NCBI RefSeq assembly: GCF_006345805.1
Contig: NC_042998.1
Span: 157,542,001-157,606,000 of the forward strand
Direction of reading: 5' to 3'
Length of the DNA stretch: 64,000 nt
Origin: Octopus sinensis
Lineage: Eukaryota
The first letter of the stretch is position 1; every line of letters begins with the position of its first letter. Both the position numbers and the translations under genes were made by a program. This document shows positions 63,480-64,000 of this stretch, piece after piece. The notes beneath the pieces are model-generated. The model was not told where the DNA came from. It did no database searches and was given only the letters and a program-made list of their open reading frames with translations.

Positions 63480-63755
63480 TAAATATCGCGAGGAATACAA
63501 ATTCTACATAAAAAAATAAAACAAGAACGTTTTACTCGTTTAACGGTGCATAAAGAACAAATAAATCTCCCGGAATACCGACAAATTCCACTGAGTGACC
63601 ACTTAGACTCATGTGCTAAAGACTTAAACCCCAAATTCTATATATTCCCCTTCTACCAATGTAAAGACGGGATCACCACACAGGAGAGAATTAACAAGGA
63701 GAATCTCTTTATTGAAAAATTCCAAACACAACTTAATATGCAAACTCCTCGTTGA
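63480..63755 (+). mobile_element. Penelope-like GIY-YIG endonuclease C-terminus
   Basis: RLTVHKEQI..PEYRQIPLSDHLDSC...FYIFPFY...KENLFIEKFQTQLN. Confidence 0.75.
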
Positions 63756-64000
63756 TCAAACTTCCTTTCTCTACCTCACTCTTCATGGATGGACTAACAC
63801 AAATATATAAAGATACCATGCATTCATCACTTCAAGCTAAAACTTATATTCTTTAAATATCATTTTTACTATTGTTGTTATTACTATCATTTTTATTATA
63901 AATGATATGACAATTTGAAATGCAATTGTCTATGCAGATTTATATTATTAGAAAATAATATAAATAAAGTGTTAAAATCTGAAAGTTAAGTTAACAAGCA

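Overview
AT-rich, microsatellite-dense animal DNA. The SINE families look like those of Octopus/cephalopods (recognised from memory, not from a database search). I find no confident host protein-coding gene. The window is almost entirely decayed mobile DNA: at least 10 R4/Dong-clade non-LTR fragments clustered at (TAA)n tracts (one near full length), four mariners plus a Tc1/maT-like element, a Mag-type Gypsy, an L1/Tx1-like LINE, RTE and CR1/L2-like fragments, several Penelope (PLE) fragments, a non-autonomous Helitron, a hAT-like MITE and many tRNA-headed SINEs. The main unexplained signal is RNA-level. Two unrelated ~400-bp ORF-less fold-back elements (5182-5564 and 51841-52253) look like MITEs but each carries a type I hammerhead ribozyme with an intact core. 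A second copy of one of these ribozymes (62964-63035) shows compensatory stem changes, and a third intact-core hammerhead lies at 62121-62207. Also notable: a U6 snRNA-SINE chimera with an internal 13-nt deletion/triplication inserted into a Dong ORF, and a chain of three Dong families fused by microhomology. All alignments and folds were done by eye, and boundaries of degenerate elements are approximate.
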